64,000 nt of DNA from an uncultured Bacilli bacterium (GCA_934148535.1 CAKPDF010000003.1:29515-93514); one strand, 5' to 3'; counted from the first letter of the stretch, positions 8,062 to 19,452 are shown. A program made the numbers and translations. The notes: generated by a model not told the origin, from the letters alone.

Positions 8062-10614
8062 CTATTCATTAGTCTCTTCTATTATATCAACCTTTGGTTC
8101 ATTATCACCAATATTTTTTAATTCCTCATCTTCGTTTTCTTCCTTATCAATAATGGCAGTAGAACTTACAATTTGATTTTCTCTAAGATTTATTAACCTA
8201 ACTCCCTGAGTAACTCTACTCATAGTAGAAATTTGATTAACATCTAAACGAATTATTACACCCTCATTAGTAATAATCATCAAATCTTTATCATTATCAA
8301 CAGTTTTAAATGAAACTATTGAACCATTCTTCTCTGTAATATTTATAGTTTTTACACCTTTTCCACCACGATTAGTAATTCTATATTCAGCTACAGGTGT
8401 CTTTTTACCATAACCATTCTCAGTTACTACTAAAACATCTTGTCCCTCTTCAACAACTTCCATACCAACTAAAGAACTTCCATCACTTAAATTAATACCT
8501 CTAACACCACTAGCACCTCTACCCATAACTCTAATAGCATCTTCATTAAATCTAACCATTCTGCCATTTGATGAAGCCATAAGTATTTCATTAGTACCAG
8601 TAGTCTTTTTAACAGATATCAACTCATCATCCTCTTTTAAAGTTAAAGCTTTTTTACCATTATTTCTAATACTATCAAACTCAGTAATCTCTGTTCTCTT
8701 TATTAATCCTTGTTTTGTAGCAAATACTAAGTACTTAAATTCATCATCATTTGAAGTTTTCAACAGAGAAGTAACTTTTTCATCTTTATCTAATTTAAGT
8801 AAGTTAACTATAGGTAATCCTTTTGATTGTCTAGCATATTCTGGAATTTCATATCCTTTTATTCTAAATACTCTTCCCTTACTAGTAAAGAATAAAATAT
8901 AATCATGACTCTTAGCATTTATTAAATGCTCCACAAAATCTTCCTCGTTAGTAGACATACCTTTAATTCCAACGCCACCACGATTTTGAATTCTATAAGT
9001 ATCACTAGGAACTCTCTTAATATATCCTTTATTAGTCAAAGTCAAAACCACATTTTCCACAGGAATTAAAGATTCATCCTCAATATAATCTACCGCAGTC
9101 ATATCAATATGTGTTCTTCTAGGATCTGCATATTTATCCTTGATTTCAAGCATTTCCTTTTTAATTATTCCGTAAATCTTTTCTTCACTACCCAAAATTT
9201 CTTCTAACTCTTTTACTAATTTCTCAAGTTCAGCGATTTCATCCTCAATCTTAGATTTTTCTAATCCAGTTAATCTCTTCAATCTCATTTCCAATATAGC
9301 CTGAGCCTGAACTTCACTAAGACCAAATTCATCAATTAAACCTTTTTTAGCAACATCATCATCAGCAGATTCCCTAATTATTTGAATTACTCTATCAATA
9401 TTATCCAAAGCAATTTTCAATCCATCTAAAATATGTAATCTATCTTTATATTGTTTCAAATCAAATTGACACCTACGATAAATAACATTTCTTTGATGTT
9501 CAACATATTTTTCTAATATTTTTCTCAAACTCATAGTACGAGGAGTACCATCAACAAGCATTAAAAAATTAATACCATAAGTAGTCTGCAATTGCGTATG
9601 CTTATATAAATTATTTAATACAACATTAGCATTAGCTTCTTTCTTAACATCAATAACAATTTTTATTCCCTCTAAAGCAGATTCATCATTTAAATTAGAA
9701 ATACCATCAATAACCTTATCTCTTACCAATTCACCAATTCTTGTAATTAATGCCTTTTTATTAACTTGATAAGGTATTTCAGTAATAATTATTCTATCCT
9801 TACCATGATGTTCTTCTATTTTTGCCATACCTCTAATAGTAATAGTTCCACGACCTGTTTCATAAGCCTTCTTAATACCACTATTACCTAAAATAACACC
9901 AGCTGTTGGAAAATCAGGTCCCTTAATATATTGCATTAACTCAGTAACAGAAATATCATTATTATCAATATAAGCAACACAACCATCAATAACTTCTCCT
10001 AAATTATGTGGTGGTATATTAGTAGCCATACCAACAGCAATTCCCATATTACCATTAACTAATATATTAGGAAATCTACTAGGTAAAACAGTAGGCTCTT
10101 TTCTCTGATTATCATAGTTAGCATCAAAATCAACAGTATCCTTCTTTATATCTCTCAATAATTCCATAGATATCTTAGCAAGCCTAGCTTCTGTATAACG
10201 AGAAGCAGCTGCCCCAAAACCATCTATAGAACCAAAATTACCATGACCATCAACTAAACAATGACGATAAGTAAAATCTTGTGCCATACGAACCATTGAA
10301 TCATATATAGCAGAATCACCATGTGGATGATAATGACCCATAACCGCTCCAACAGCATTAGCGCTTTTTTGATATTTTTTATCAGGTGTCATACCTTCTT
10401 CATATAAAGTATATAAAATTCTTCTATGAACAGGTTTAAGACCATCTCTAACATCAGGTAACGCACGAGCAACAATAACACTCATAGAATATTCTAGAAA
10501 AGATTGACGCATTTCACCAACAATATTAACTGCAACTCTTCTATCCTTCTCTGTACTATTATCTTCACCCATATTCTCTATTTCAATATCTTTATCAAAC
10601 TTATTTGTTTCCAT
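8062..10614 (-). CDS. gyrA: DNA gyrase subunit A
   Basis: [11 protein letters not shown], the HPHGD quinolone-resistance region and C-terminal beta-pinwheel repeats. Confidence 0.97.
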   Translation of the reverse strand: METNKFDKDIEIENMGEDNSTEKDRRVAVNIVGEMRQSFLEYSMSVIVARALPDVRDGLKPVHRRILYTLYEEGMTPDKKYQKSANAVGAVMGHYHPHGDSAIYDSMVRMAQDFTYRHCLVDGHGNFGSIDGFGAAASRYTEARLAKISMELLRDIKKDTVDFDANYDNQRKEPTVLPSRFPNILVNGNMGIAVGMATNIPPHNLGEVIDGCVAYIDNNDISVTELMQYIKGPDFPTAGVILGNSGIKKAYETGRGTITIRGMAKIEEHHGKDRIIITEIPYQVNKKALITRIGELVRDKVIDGISNLNDESALEGIKIVIDVKKEANANVVLNNLYKHTQLQTTYGINFLMLVDGTPRTMSLRKILEKYVEHQRNVIYRRCQFDLKQYKDRLHILDGLKIALDNIDRVIQIIRESADDDVAKKGLIDEFGLSEVQAQAILEMRLKRLTGLEKSKIEDEIAELEKLVKELEEILGSEEKIYGIIKKEMLEIKDKYADPRRTHIDMTAVDYIEDESLIPVENVVLTLTNKGYIKRVPSDTYRIQNRGGVGIKGMSTNEEDFVEHLINAKSHDYILFFTSKGRVFRIKGYEIPEYARQSKGLPIVNLLKLDKDEKVTSLLKTSNDDEFKYLVFATKQGLIKRTEITEFDSIRNNGKKALTLKEDDELISVKKTTGTNEILMASSNGRMVRFNEDAIRVMGRGASGVRGINLSDGSSLVGMEVVEEGQDVLVVTENGYGKKTPVAEYRITNRGGKGVKTINITEKNGSIVSFKTVDNDKDLMIITNEGVIIRLDVNQISTMSRVTQGVRLINLRENQIVSSTAIIDKEENEDEELKNIGDNEPKVDIIEETNE

Positions 10615-10623
10615 ATAAACCTC

Positions 10624-12540
10624 CTATATATCCAAATTATCAACAAGTAAAGCATTATCTTCAATAAATTTTCTTCTAGGCTCTACTTCTTCACCCATAA
10701 GTAATTGGAAAGTTTCATCAGCAGCTATAGCATCATCCATAGTAATTTGCTTCAAAATTCTTCTATCAATACCCATAGTTGTCTCCCTTAACTCCTCAGG
10801 ATCCATTTCACCTAAACCTTTCATACGACCTACTTCATACTTAGTAGTTTCAGGCAAAGTAGAAACATATTCTGAAAGCTCATCATCATTTAAAACATAT
10901 TTGACCATTTTACCATGTTTCACAGCATATAAAGGAGGTTGGGCAGCATATATATGTCCATTTTCAACAAGTGGCTTAAAATACCTATAAAACAGCGTTA
11001 AAAGCAATGTTCTAATATGAGCACCATCAACATCGGCATCAGTCATAATAATTATTTTATAATATCTTAATTTAGAAATATCAAATTCATCACCAATACC
11101 AGTACCCAAAGCTGTAATCATAGTTCTAATTTCTTCATTAGCAAGAATTCTATCTAATCTAGCCTTTTCAACATTCAAAATTTTTCCTCTAATAGGCAAT
11201 ATTGCTTGAGTAATAGGATCTCTACCACTAACAGCACTTCCTGCTGCAGAATCACCCTCAACTATAAACATTTCTGATATAGTAGCATCTTTAGAAGAAC
11301 AATCAGTTAGTTTTCCCCAATAATTAGTAATCTCAAGACCACCTTTTCTTCTAGTAAGTTCTCTTGCTCTTTTAGCAGCAACCCTTGCTCTAGCAGCAGT
11401 CATAGACTTTTCAACAATTATCTTTGCATCATTAGGATGTTCCATTAAAAATCTTTCAAATTCTTTACCAAAAATACTAGCAGCAACTTTTCTAACTTCA
11501 CTATTTCCAAGTTTAGTTTTTGTTTGACCTTCAAATTGAGGTTCAGGAACCTTAGCGGATATTACCATAGCAATTCCCTCTCTAACATCATCACCATTTA
11601 AAGGATCATCATTATCTTTAAGTATTTTATTATTTCTAGCATAATTATTAATAATCCTAGTTAAAGCATTTTTAACACCATCCTCATGAGTACCACCTTC
11701 AGGAGTAATAATATTATTAACAAATGAATAAACAGTAGGATTATATCCATCATTATATTGTAAAGCTACCTCTATAGAAATATCATTTTCCATACCTTCA
11801 ACGTAAACTACATCATTATGAATAGGTGTTCTTTTTTCATTTATCCAATCAACAAACTCTTTAATACCACCTTCATAAATAAAAGTTTCTTTTTTACCAT
11901 CTCTGTCATCCATTAAAATAATTCTAAGTCCTTTATTCAAAAAAGCCAATTCACGAACTCTATTCCTTAGTGTTTCATAGTCAAAAACAGTAGTTTCTCT
12001 AAAAATTTCTTCATCTGGAGTAAAAGTTACTGTTGTACCAGTTCTATCTTCACTACAATCACCAATCACAGTAAGAGGTTGAACTGTTTTTCCACCATTA
12101 GCAAACTTAATATTATAAATTTTACCTTCTTTATAAACAGTGACTTCAACCTTTTTACTTAAAGCATTAACCACAGATGCACCTACTCCATGTAGTCCTC
12201 CAGATACCTTATATCCTCCACCGCCAAACTTACCACCAGCATGAAGTACAGTATAAACAGTCTCAACTGTAGATAATCCTGTTTTTGGATGAATTCCAAC
12301 AGGTATTCCCCTACCATCATCTTTAACAGTTACAGAACCATCTTTATTAATAATGATCTCAATATCATCGCAATAACCTGCTAATGCCTCATCTATAGCA
12401 TTATCAACAATTTCCCATACCAAATGATGTAATCCTTTTGAACTAGTAGATCCTATATACATACCAGGTCTTTTCCTAACAGCCTCTAAACCCTCTAATA
12501 CTTGAATGTCCGAAGCATCATAATGTTCATTATTTGCCAT
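10624..12540 (-). CDS. gyrB: DNA gyrase subunit B
   Basis: GHKL ATPase motifs ([22 protein letters not shown]), the Toprim EGDSA motif and [12 protein letters not shown]. Confidence 0.97.
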   Translation of the reverse strand: MANNEHYDASDIQVLEGLEAVRKRPGMYIGSTSSKGLHHLVWEIVDNAIDEALAGYCDDIEIIINKDGSVTVKDDGRGIPVGIHPKTGLSTVETVYTVLHAGGKFGGGGYKVSGGLHGVGASVVNALSKKVEVTVYKEGKIYNIKFANGGKTVQPLTVIGDCSEDRTGTTVTFTPDEEIFRETTVFDYETLRNRVRELAFLNKGLRIILMDDRDGKKETFIYEGGIKEFVDWINEKRTPIHNDVVYVEGMENDISIEVALQYNDGYNPTVYSFVNNIITPEGGTHEDGVKNALTRIINNYARNNKILKDNDDPLNGDDVREGIAMVISAKVPEPQFEGQTKTKLGNSEVRKVAASIFGKEFERFLMEHPNDAKIIVEKSMTAARARVAAKRARELTRRKGGLEITNYWGKLTDCSSKDATISEMFIVEGDSAAGSAVSGRDPITQAILPIRGKILNVEKARLDRILANEEIRTMITALGTGIGDEFDISKLRYYKIIIMTDADVDGAHIRTLLLTLFYRYFKPLVENGHIYAAQPPLYAVKHGKMVKYVLNDDELSEYVSTLPETTKYEVGRMKGLGEMDPEELRETTMGIDRRILKQITMDDAIAADETFQLLMGEEVEPRRKFIEDNALLVDNLDI

Positions 12541-13666
12541 TTTGTATCACTTTCCTCTCAACTTCTTTAACTATTTTTCCACTCTCAACCTCAAAAATTT
12601 TAGCCTTATTAACTAAAACTTCATCAATCATATGTAAGTCAGTAGTAGTAATAATAGTTTGAACATCATCAATAATATATTTAATCAACCTATTCTTCTT
12701 TTTTAAATCTAATTCACTAAAAATATCATCCAAAAGTAAAATAGGTTCATCATCAGTGTTTTTTCTAAAAATTTCAATCTCAGATAGTTTTAATGCTAAA
12801 ACTGCTGCCCTCAATTGTCCTTGAGAAGCATACACTCCCATCTCTTTATCTCCTATAAAAAACTTAAAGTCATCTCTATGAGGTCCTATTAAAGTAAGGC
12901 CATACAATACATCTTTATCAATATTTTCATTTAAATACTTATTAAAGTCTTGTATCATTTCTTGCTCTTCATTTTTCCACAATATTGTGGAAACATACTT
13001 TACTTGACAATTGTCAACATCCATAATTTCACTATAAATTTCACTTAAATACTCATTAACTAAAGAAATAAACTTATATCTTTCTCTAATTACACTTACA
13101 GCAAATAAAGAAAATTTTTCATTAATTATTTCCAAATAGTCATAATTAATTTTCTTAGACATCCTACAAATCTTCAAAAATTCATTTCGTTGTTTTAATA
13201 GCGCATTATAATTCTGCAAACTTCTAACATATCCATTATTAATTTGACCTATTTCAACATTTAAGAATTTTCTCCTAACATTAGGACTATCCTTAATCAT
13301 TCCAATATTATCAGGACTAAATAAAATAACTCTAAAATGAGAAAAATAATCAACTAACTTCCTTATATCTTTTCCATTAATTTTAACATGTTTCTCTTTT
13401 TCTGTAATCAAAATATTAAGTTTAAAATTACCCTCATTAGAGGATATTTTAGATTCTAATAAGCAGCAATCATTCCCATCCTTAATTAAATTTTTATCTT
13501 TTACACTTAAATAAGATTTTGTAACAGCAAGTACATAAATTGATTCTAAGATATTTGATTTACCTTGAGCATTATCACCAATAAAAATATTTAATTTATC
13601 ATCTAAATTAATATTCAAATTGTTATAATTTCTGTAACTTTTTAATTTTAAATTTTTAATTTTCAT
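12530..13666 (-). CDS. recF: DNA replication/repair protein RecF
   Basis: Walker [10 protein letters not shown], signature SQGQLR and Walker [12 protein letters not shown]. Confidence 0.93.
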   Translation of the reverse strand: MKIKNLKLKSYRNYNNLNINLDDKLNIFIGDNAQGKSNILESIYVLAVTKSYLSVKDKNLIKDGNDCCLLESKISSNEGNFKLNILITEKEKHVKINGKDIRKLVDYFSHFRVILFSPDNIGMIKDSPNVRRKFLNVEIGQINNGYVRSLQNYNALLKQRNEFLKICRMSKKINYDYLEIINEKFSLFAVSVIRERYKFISLVNEYLSEIYSEIMDVDNCQVKYVSTILWKNEEQEMIQDFNKYLNENIDKDVLYGLTLIGPHRDDFKFFIGDKEMGVYASQGQLRAAVLALKLSEIEIFRKNTDDEPILLLDDIFSELDLKKKNRLIKYIIDDVQTIITTTDLHMIDEVLVNKAKIFEVESGKIVKEVERKVIQNGK

Positions 13667-13761
13667 AAATAGTCTTTTTTTTCATAATCATCACCAAAAA
13701 TCAATTCACGTATCCCTATATACATATAAAATTATACCATAAAAACGCCCAAAAAAAAAGA

Positions 13762-14229
13762 CTATACAGCCTTTTTTCTCTTATTAAATTCAAGTTTTAA
13801 CCTATTACATCTAATAATTTGATTGCTCAAAACAAATATACTTACATCAACTGAAACAATACTACCATTTTTAAACTTTATAGTACTTGTTCTACTATCA
13901 TTTTTTTCATGATATTCATAATTATTATAAGAAATCCAAATACAATTATTACAAATATTAGACGTAGTAGGAAAGAAAATTAATTGAGTAATTTCTTCAA
14001 TAATAATTGGCAATTTATAATTAGCATTTAATAAATCAACACTAAATTTCTTTCTCCCATCAAAAGTGCTTCCAAAAAACAAACAACTTCTTTTAATAAT
14101 ATCTGAAGATGACATATTTACCTCAAAACAATCTTCAAATTCATAAACAAAAGATCTATTTTTATCAATTGGAACAATACACAAAGTAGAAGCATTAATC
14201 TCATAACAATCCATAATATTTTCCCCCAT
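13762..14229 (-). CDS. comK: ComK-family competence transcription factor-like protein
   Basis: YEINASTLCIVP, IIKRSCLFFGSTFDGRK and LPIII...QLIFFPTTS...CIWIS parallel remembered B. subtilis ComK (IVDRSCRFFGSSYAGRK, PPIMV...IFLFPTLS...CGWIS). Confidence 0.7.
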   Translation of the reverse strand: MGENIMDCYEINASTLCIVPIDKNRSFVYEFEDCFEVNMSSSDIIKRSCLFFGSTFDGRKKFSVDLLNANYKLPIIIEEITQLIFFPTTSNICNNCIWISYNNYEYHEKNDSRTSTIKFKNGSIVSVDVSIFVLSNQIIRCNRLKLEFNKRKKAV

Positions 14230-14353
14230 TTCTATACATTAAAAAATGTATGACAAATATTAAAACACTGCAGACTGTCGAATTTAATCGTTTTATGTCG
14301 AGAATATAAAAAAAATAAAAAATCATACCATTTTTTGGTACAATTTCTTGATT

Positions 14354-15469
14354 TTAATATGTTTTTATTGGTAAAACTAACTCTACAAGAGATTCATCAT
14401 CAATAGATTTAACTATTATAGGAGCACTATCACTATTCATATACAATGTAATATTAGAAGTTCCAAAACTCTTTATACAATCTAACATATACTTAGAACT
14501 AAATGAAATAGATATAGCATCATCACTATCTACAGCCATCTTTTCTTCTACCTTACCTATTTCTGGAGAATTTGAAGAAATTATCATCTCTTTATTAACA
14601 AGTTCTAACTTAATAGTATTCTTATCTCTATCAGAAGTAAGTAATGAAGCTCTATCAATCATATCATAAAATGTATTACAATTACATTCTACTTCAATTT
14701 TAAATTCATTAGGAATAATAGATGATGTAGCAGGATAAGTACCAGCAAGTAATCTAGATAAGAATAATATATTTTTATATTTAAATAATATCTTATTTTC
14801 AAATATATGTAACTCTAAATTTTCTTTATCATCATCAATAATTTTAGCAAGTTCCATCAAATTCTTTCCTGGAATAACTATATTTACTATATTTTCTAAC
14901 TTTTTATCAATAGTAATACTCTTTTTAGCAAGTCTATAACTATCAGTAGCAATTACTTCTAACATATTACCTTCTATTCTAAAATTAATACCTGTTAAAA
15001 GTGGTCTTGATTCATTTTGAGAAGTAGCAAAGAATGTTTGAGATATAATAGTTTTAAACATATCTGTTTGTAATATAATTGGTTCACTAGTTTCTTCCAA
15101 ATCCAAATTAGGGAATTCATTAGGATTAATACCATTTAAGTTAAATTCAGTATTATTAGTACTAATAATCATTTTATACCCATCTAATACTTCAATAGTA
15201 ATATCTGTATTCGGTAACTTTCTAACTATCTCTACTATATACTTACCTCCAATAACAATACTTCCTAACTCTCCTACTTCAGTTATTTTTTCTCTTGGTA
15301 TAAAACATCTTATAGATATATCAGTATCACTAGCGGATAAGTATAATCCTTCATCTTTTAAATCAAATTTAATTCCTGTTAATATTGGAATTAGATTTCT
15401 TGGTGATATAGCTTTTGATGCATGTGTTAAACTTTCTAATAATATATCTTGTTTAATTATAAATTTCAT
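14354..15469 (-). CDS. dnaN: DNA polymerase III beta sliding clamp
   Basis: Length is typical, the N-terminus MKFII.QD.LL..L fits the family, and it lies immediately downstream of dnaA. Confidence 0.95.
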   Translation of the reverse strand: MKFIIKQDILLESLTHASKAISPRNLIPILTGIKFDLKDEGLYLSASDTDISIRCFIPREKITEVGELGSIVIGGKYIVEIVRKLPNTDITIEVLDGYKMIISTNNTEFNLNGINPNEFPNLDLEETSEPIILQTDMFKTIISQTFFATSQNESRPLLTGINFRIEGNMLEVIATDSYRLAKKSITIDKKLENIVNIVIPGKNLMELAKIIDDDKENLELHIFENKILFKYKNILFLSRLLAGTYPATSSIIPNEFKIEVECNCNTFYDMIDRASLLTSDRDKNTIKLELVNKEMIISSNSPEIGKVEEKMAVDSDDAISISFSSKYMLDCIKSFGTSNITLYMNSDSAPIIVKSIDDESLVELVLPIKTY

Positions 15470-15484
15470 TTTTATTTCCTTCTT

Positions 15485-15618
15485 TCTTTTATTATATATA
15501 TTATTGTTATTATTATACTGTGGATATTGTGGAAAACTGCCTCAATACCATATATTATATACGTTTTTATTTCCACAGCCATGTGGAAAACTTTCAATTT
15601 TATCAACAGTTATCAACT
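15485..15618. promoter_or_regulatory. oriC part 2 (dnaA-dnaN spacer): AT-rich unwinding stretch plus DnaA boxes
   Basis: An AT-only run spans 15485-15518. The boxes are TGTGGATAT 15519, TGTGGAAAA 15528, ATTTCCACA 15569, TGTGGAAAA 15582, TTATCAACA 15600 and TTATCAACT 15610. Confidence 0.8.
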
Positions 15619-15620
15619 TT

Positions 15621-17006
15621 TTAAGTGGATAATTGTTTTTTTAGGTCGTTAATAACTACTTTCAACTGTTCATTTTTTTCTAAATCTTTCTCAATTTTTT
15701 GATATGAACTAATAATTGTTGAGTGATCTCTACCTCCAAAATAAGTTCCTATCTTTGGAAAAGATTCATTAGTAAGTTGTCTGCATAAATATATAGCAAC
15801 TTGTCTAGGGTAATTGATATTTTGACTTCTCTTTTTCCCTTTTAAATCATCAATTGTTATTTTAAAGTAATCGCATACTACTGTCTGTATTCTATGAACA
15901 TCATTCTTATAGCCACCTTTATCAATTAATTGATCTTTTAAAGCATCTACTGCAGTATCTAAATCCACCTTCCCCCTATTCATCATAAGAGAATAAGCAA
16001 AAACTCTAGTAATAGCGCCTTCAAGTTTTCTAACATCGCTAGCAAAATTATTAGCTATATATTCAATAACCTCGTTTGGAACATCATTAGCAGATTCTTG
16101 ATGTGCAATTTTTTTTCTTATTATATTAACCCTAAGTTCAAAATCAGGAGGAGTTATATTAGCAGTAAGGCCCCAATTAAATCTAGTTAAAAGTCTATTT
16201 TCTAATGTTTTCAAGTCATCAACAGACCTGTCGGAAGCAATAACTATTTGCTTATTTTCATTATATAGTTCGTTAAAAGTATGAAAAAACTCTTCTTGTC
16301 CCTTAGTAGCATTCCCTAAAAATTGAATATCATCAATCATAAGTACATCAATATTTCTATACTTATTTTTAAATGTATCAATTTTGTCATAGTTATCTTT
16401 ATCGTTTCTAACAGCGTTAATAAAATCATTTACAAACTTATCACTAGATATATATAGAACTCTTAAATTAGAGTTTTTGATAATATAATTTCCAATGGAA
16501 TGCATTAAATGTGTTTTACCAAGTCCACTTTTACCATATAAAAATAAAGGATTATAAGCCTTACCAGGTTTTTCAGCAACAGCCATTGAAGTAGTATAAG
16601 CAAATTTATTAGAATCACCAACTATAAATGAATCAAAGGTGTACTCAGGATTTAAATTAGCCTCCAATGGTGATTGAGCTAAATTTTCCTTTTGATGTTC
16701 ATTTCTATCTTCTTCATCATAAGGTTCTTCAAATATATCCTCATTTTTTTCATCTTCCCATTCTTCTTCAACTACAAATTTAAAAGTAAAGTTAGAACCG
16801 TTCACTTCTTTTAAAGTATTCTCCATAATTTCTTGATAATTTTCCATTAAATGTTTTTTATGAAGTTCCATTGGGACAATAACAATAGCGCAATTATCAC
16901 GAATTGATACCAGTTTAGTATCCTGAAACCAAGTTTCATAAGACAATGCCGACACATATTCTTTAATTTTCTTGAGGAAATTGTTCCATAGCATATCTAA
17001 ATTCAT
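15621..17006 (-). CDS. dnaA: chromosomal replication initiator DnaA
   Basis: Walker A GKSGLGKTHL, IDDIQFL, and the C-terminal DNA-binding domain (IAMYL-like VAIYLCRQLT, GGRDHSTI). Confidence 0.97.
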   Translation of the reverse strand: MNLDMLWNNFLKKIKEYVSALSYETWFQDTKLVSIRDNCAIVIVPMELHKKHLMENYQEIMENTLKEVNGSNFTFKFVVEEEWEDEKNEDIFEEPYDEEDRNEHQKENLAQSPLEANLNPEYTFDSFIVGDSNKFAYTTSMAVAEKPGKAYNPLFLYGKSGLGKTHLMHSIGNYIIKNSNLRVLYISSDKFVNDFINAVRNDKDNYDKIDTFKNKYRNIDVLMIDDIQFLGNATKGQEEFFHTFNELYNENKQIVIASDRSVDDLKTLENRLLTRFNWGLTANITPPDFELRVNIIRKKIAHQESANDVPNEVIEYIANNFASDVRKLEGAITRVFAYSLMMNRGKVDLDTAVDALKDQLIDKGGYKNDVHRIQTVVCDYFKITIDDLKGKKRSQNINYPRQVAIYLCRQLTNESFPKIGTYFGGRDHSTIISSYQKIEKDLEKNEQLKVVINDLKKQLST

Positions 17007-17095
17007 TATCTACTCCTCCCAACGTCTTAATTTCATTTTAACACAATAAAAAAAAAAGTCTACAAATTTCATTACAGAGTAACAAAAACTTTTTC

Positions 17096-17299
17096 TGTGG
17101 AAAACTATTGTTGGAAATACAAAAAATTGCAATTTATCAACAGAGTTATCAACAAATACATACATATAAAAATCCCTTATATTATAAGGGATTAAAATAC
17201 TTATCAACAAAATTCAACAGAAAAGTTATAAACAGCCCTGTGGAAAACTCGAAAATTGTGGATAAAAAAACTGTGGAAATCTGTGGAAAGTGTGGAAAA
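17096..17299. promoter_or_regulatory. oriC part 1: DnaA-box cluster upstream of dnaA
   Basis: At least 11 boxes are present. They are TGTGGAAAA 17096, TTATCAACA 17134/17146/17201, TGTGGAAAA 17239, perfect TGTGGATAA 17257, TGTGGAAAT 17272, TGTGGAAAG 17282 and TGTGGAAAA 17291. An inverted repeat ATCCCTTATATTATAAGGGAT lies at 17172-17192. Confidence 0.85.
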
Positions 17300-17328
17300 A
17301 AAGACCAAAGCATTATAAACTTTGGTCT
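17295..17328 (-). terminator. rho-independent terminator of the HerA-like gene
   Basis: On the minus strand, AGACCAAAG / CTTTGGTCT forms a 9-bp stem followed by a T-run, directly after the stop at 17336. Confidence 0.65.
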
Positions 17329-17335
17329 TAGCATT

Positions 17336-19090
17336 CTAACTTTTCCACTCCACCATCCACTTGTTATACACAGATGCATTTGAACTCTGTGGTTCTGGGT
17401 TAGGTAATTCCATTTTTACAATCATTGGTATCTTCATCATTCTACCAAAAGCAACACAAGTACCAGATTGTAATGATTTTTGTTTTTCAATAACATCAGC
17501 ACTGATATTAGGAACCATCTTTCTAATATATTCCAAATCAGTAGGATGTGTAATTTTAAATATTAAAAAGTTACTACACTGAGATATAACCGATTCTGAT
17601 AATTCAGTAGGTCTTTGAGTAATTAAATCTAATACTACTCCAAACTTACGCCCCTCTTTAGCAATTCTTTCAAATATATTATATCCCAAAATATTAATAT
17701 CGTTATCTCTTTGAACATATCTATGAGCTTCTTCTAACATAAGATGAATAGGCATAGCACCTCTTTCTTGAAGTCCTTTACTAAATTTAAATATTAATCT
17801 ACAATATACCTTAACAATAGCTTTAGCAAACCTATCATCAATATCCTCAAGAACAAAATTAATTATTTGAGCTCTCTTTGTTTGGCCAACCATAACTATA
17901 TCTGTGATAAATTCAGAAATAGAAATAAATCTACCATAATCAAAATATTTCTTATTAGAACTATTATTTAAAGAATGTAATTTTACTTTTAAAGCAGTAG
18001 CCTCACTATAAGATTTTTCATTTAATAAAAGTCCCTCTGAAATTAAAGCAAAATTTAAAGCAACTTCCAAATCATCTAAAGTAAAATATATAGGAACATA
18101 GTCTTCATTCCATTTAGTATTGTTATCAACGAACTGTTGAATATATCCAGTAATTAAAATTCTTTCTACAAACTCTCCCTTACTATCTATATCAAAACAT
18201 TTTCTAAATTGTCTAGTATAACCAACACCAGGAACATCAACATCTAAGTTTAATTCTGGACTATTACAATTAGTAAGTATAGAAAATATCTGATCTCTTA
18301 TTCTAGAAGGAGTTTGGTTAGTATATAATACAGATATAATAGCAGAAGCAATTAGATGATTTTTATATTTAGCGGATTCCTCATCTTTTCTAGCAAATAC
18401 TGAAACTAAACTAAGCATTTTTTCAATAATAGATAATTGGGTATATTCAGTAGCATCTAATAAATTAGCATAATCATCAACTGATAATAGCCATAATGGT
18501 AATTTTATTATCTCACTATTTCCCTCACCACTTGTTGAATACATCTTGTAATTAAAATTAGGATTATATTGATTAATACTCTTGAAAGCATTATCATATT
18601 CATTTGTATTGTTAAAAATAAATATATTACTGTTAAAAGGAATTTTTCCTTTCATAACAAATAAATTTTGAACTAATCTTGCAACACCATAGGTTTTACC
18701 ACTACCAGTATTACCAAATATTGCACTATGATTACTCCACATATCATCAATATTAATTTTAATAGGAAAATTATTATAAAGAGGAGATAAACCTAACATC
18801 ATAGATTTATCGTCATTAGCACCTGTTAATTCTGATAATTCATCTTCGTTGATAAGTCTAATTTTAGTATTTAAACTAGGTTTTCTAATAATACCTCCAA
18901 AAAATTTTCCTTCATGAAACTCTCCAAGAAAACTAATTTTTACCTCATCCCCATCGATTTCCTCAATTTCACCTAATATTTTTTTATTATCTTCAAAAAT
19001 AACATTCATATTAAGTAAATCATCTGTAGTAGTATTTTCAATTTTAACCATTGCAAAATTCTTACTAACCGCGGTTATTTCTTTAAACAT
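17336..19090 (-). CDS. HerA/DUF87-like (FtsK-HerA superfamily) P-loop ATPase
   Basis: Walker A GNTGSGKTYG and Walker B-like IHLMLEEAHRY. The C-terminal ITQRPTELSESVISQCSNFLIFKITHPTDLEYI is typical of HerA/DUF87. The N-terminal region resembles a small beta-barrel (HAS-like). Confidence 0.65.
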   Translation of the reverse strand: MFKEITAVSKNFAMVKIENTTTDDLLNMNVIFEDNKKILGEIEEIDGDEVKISFLGEFHEGKFFGGIIRKPSLNTKIRLINEDELSELTGANDDKSMMLGLSPLYNNFPIKINIDDMWSNHSAIFGNTGSGKTYGVARLVQNLFVMKGKIPFNSNIFIFNNTNEYDNAFKSINQYNPNFNYKMYSTSGEGNSEIIKLPLWLLSVDDYANLLDATEYTQLSIIEKMLSLVSVFARKDEESAKYKNHLIASAIISVLYTNQTPSRIRDQIFSILTNCNSPELNLDVDVPGVGYTRQFRKCFDIDSKGEFVERILITGYIQQFVDNNTKWNEDYVPIYFTLDDLEVALNFALISEGLLLNEKSYSEATALKVKLHSLNNSSNKKYFDYGRFISISEFITDIVMVGQTKRAQIINFVLEDIDDRFAKAIVKVYCRLIFKFSKGLQERGAMPIHLMLEEAHRYVQRDNDINILGYNIFERIAKEGRKFGVVLDLITQRPTELSESVISQCSNFLIFKITHPTDLEYIRKMVPNISADVIEKQKSLQSGTCVAFGRMMKIPMIVKMELPNPEPQSSNASVYNKWMVEWKS

Positions 19091-19251
19091 AAATATCCCT
19101 CCATATCTTTATCTAATTATATCAAAAAAGTTAAATCTTTAAAATAGTTTTTTACTTTTTTTGTTTACAATACATAATTATTTAGAAAGATTAACTAACA
19201 ATTAAAAGTACTTATAAATAGTAATTTTCTAACTTTTTGTATAAAATTTCC

Positions 19252-19280
19252 TTGACATTAACTAAAATACCATATATAAT
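19252..19280 (+). promoter_or_regulatory. sigmaA promoter of rpmH
   Basis: TTGACA (19252-19257), a 17-nt spacer and TATAAT (19275-19280), both perfect consensus. A GGAGGTG RBS lies upstream of the ATG at 19312. Confidence 0.7.
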
Positions 19281-19311
19281 AAAATAGCAATTTGATTCGG
19301 AGGTGTTATTT

Positions 19312-19452
19312 ATGGCAAAGACTCAAGGTCCAACTTATCAACCAAATAAAGAGAAAAAAGCTAAAAAATGTGGATTCCGTGCTCGTAAAAATGGTAAAGG
19401 TAATATCTTAAACAAAAGAAGAGCTAAGGAAAGAAAAAAATTATGTGCTTAA
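19312..19452 (+). CDS. rpmH: 50S ribosomal protein L34 (divergent)
   Basis: A 46-aa ORF not in the track: MAKTQGPTYQPNKEKKAKKCGFRARKNGKGNILNKRRAKERKKLCA. It contains the L34 cores T(F/Y)QP and GFRAR...RRAKGR-like. It sits before rnpA. Confidence 0.85.
   Translation: MAKTQGPTYQPNKEKKAKKCGFRARKNGKGNILNKRRAKERKKLCA

Noticed and set aside
15449-17582. Track ORFs 15449-15652(+), 17010-17210(-), 17108-17383(+), 17182-17379(-) and 17361-17582(+) in or around oriC
   Set aside because: They cover DnaA-box clusters or are antisense to dnaA or the HerA-like gene. They have no RBS and their sequences are not protein-like. oriC elements explain the DNA.
17336-19090. The HerA-like gene as part of a known two-gene defence system (Sir2-HerA, DUF4297-HerA) or a NurA-HerA pair
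   Set aside because: No partner ORF lies on either side. The flanks are the rpmH promoter and the DnaA-box cluster. It is kept as an open question, not called as a defence system.
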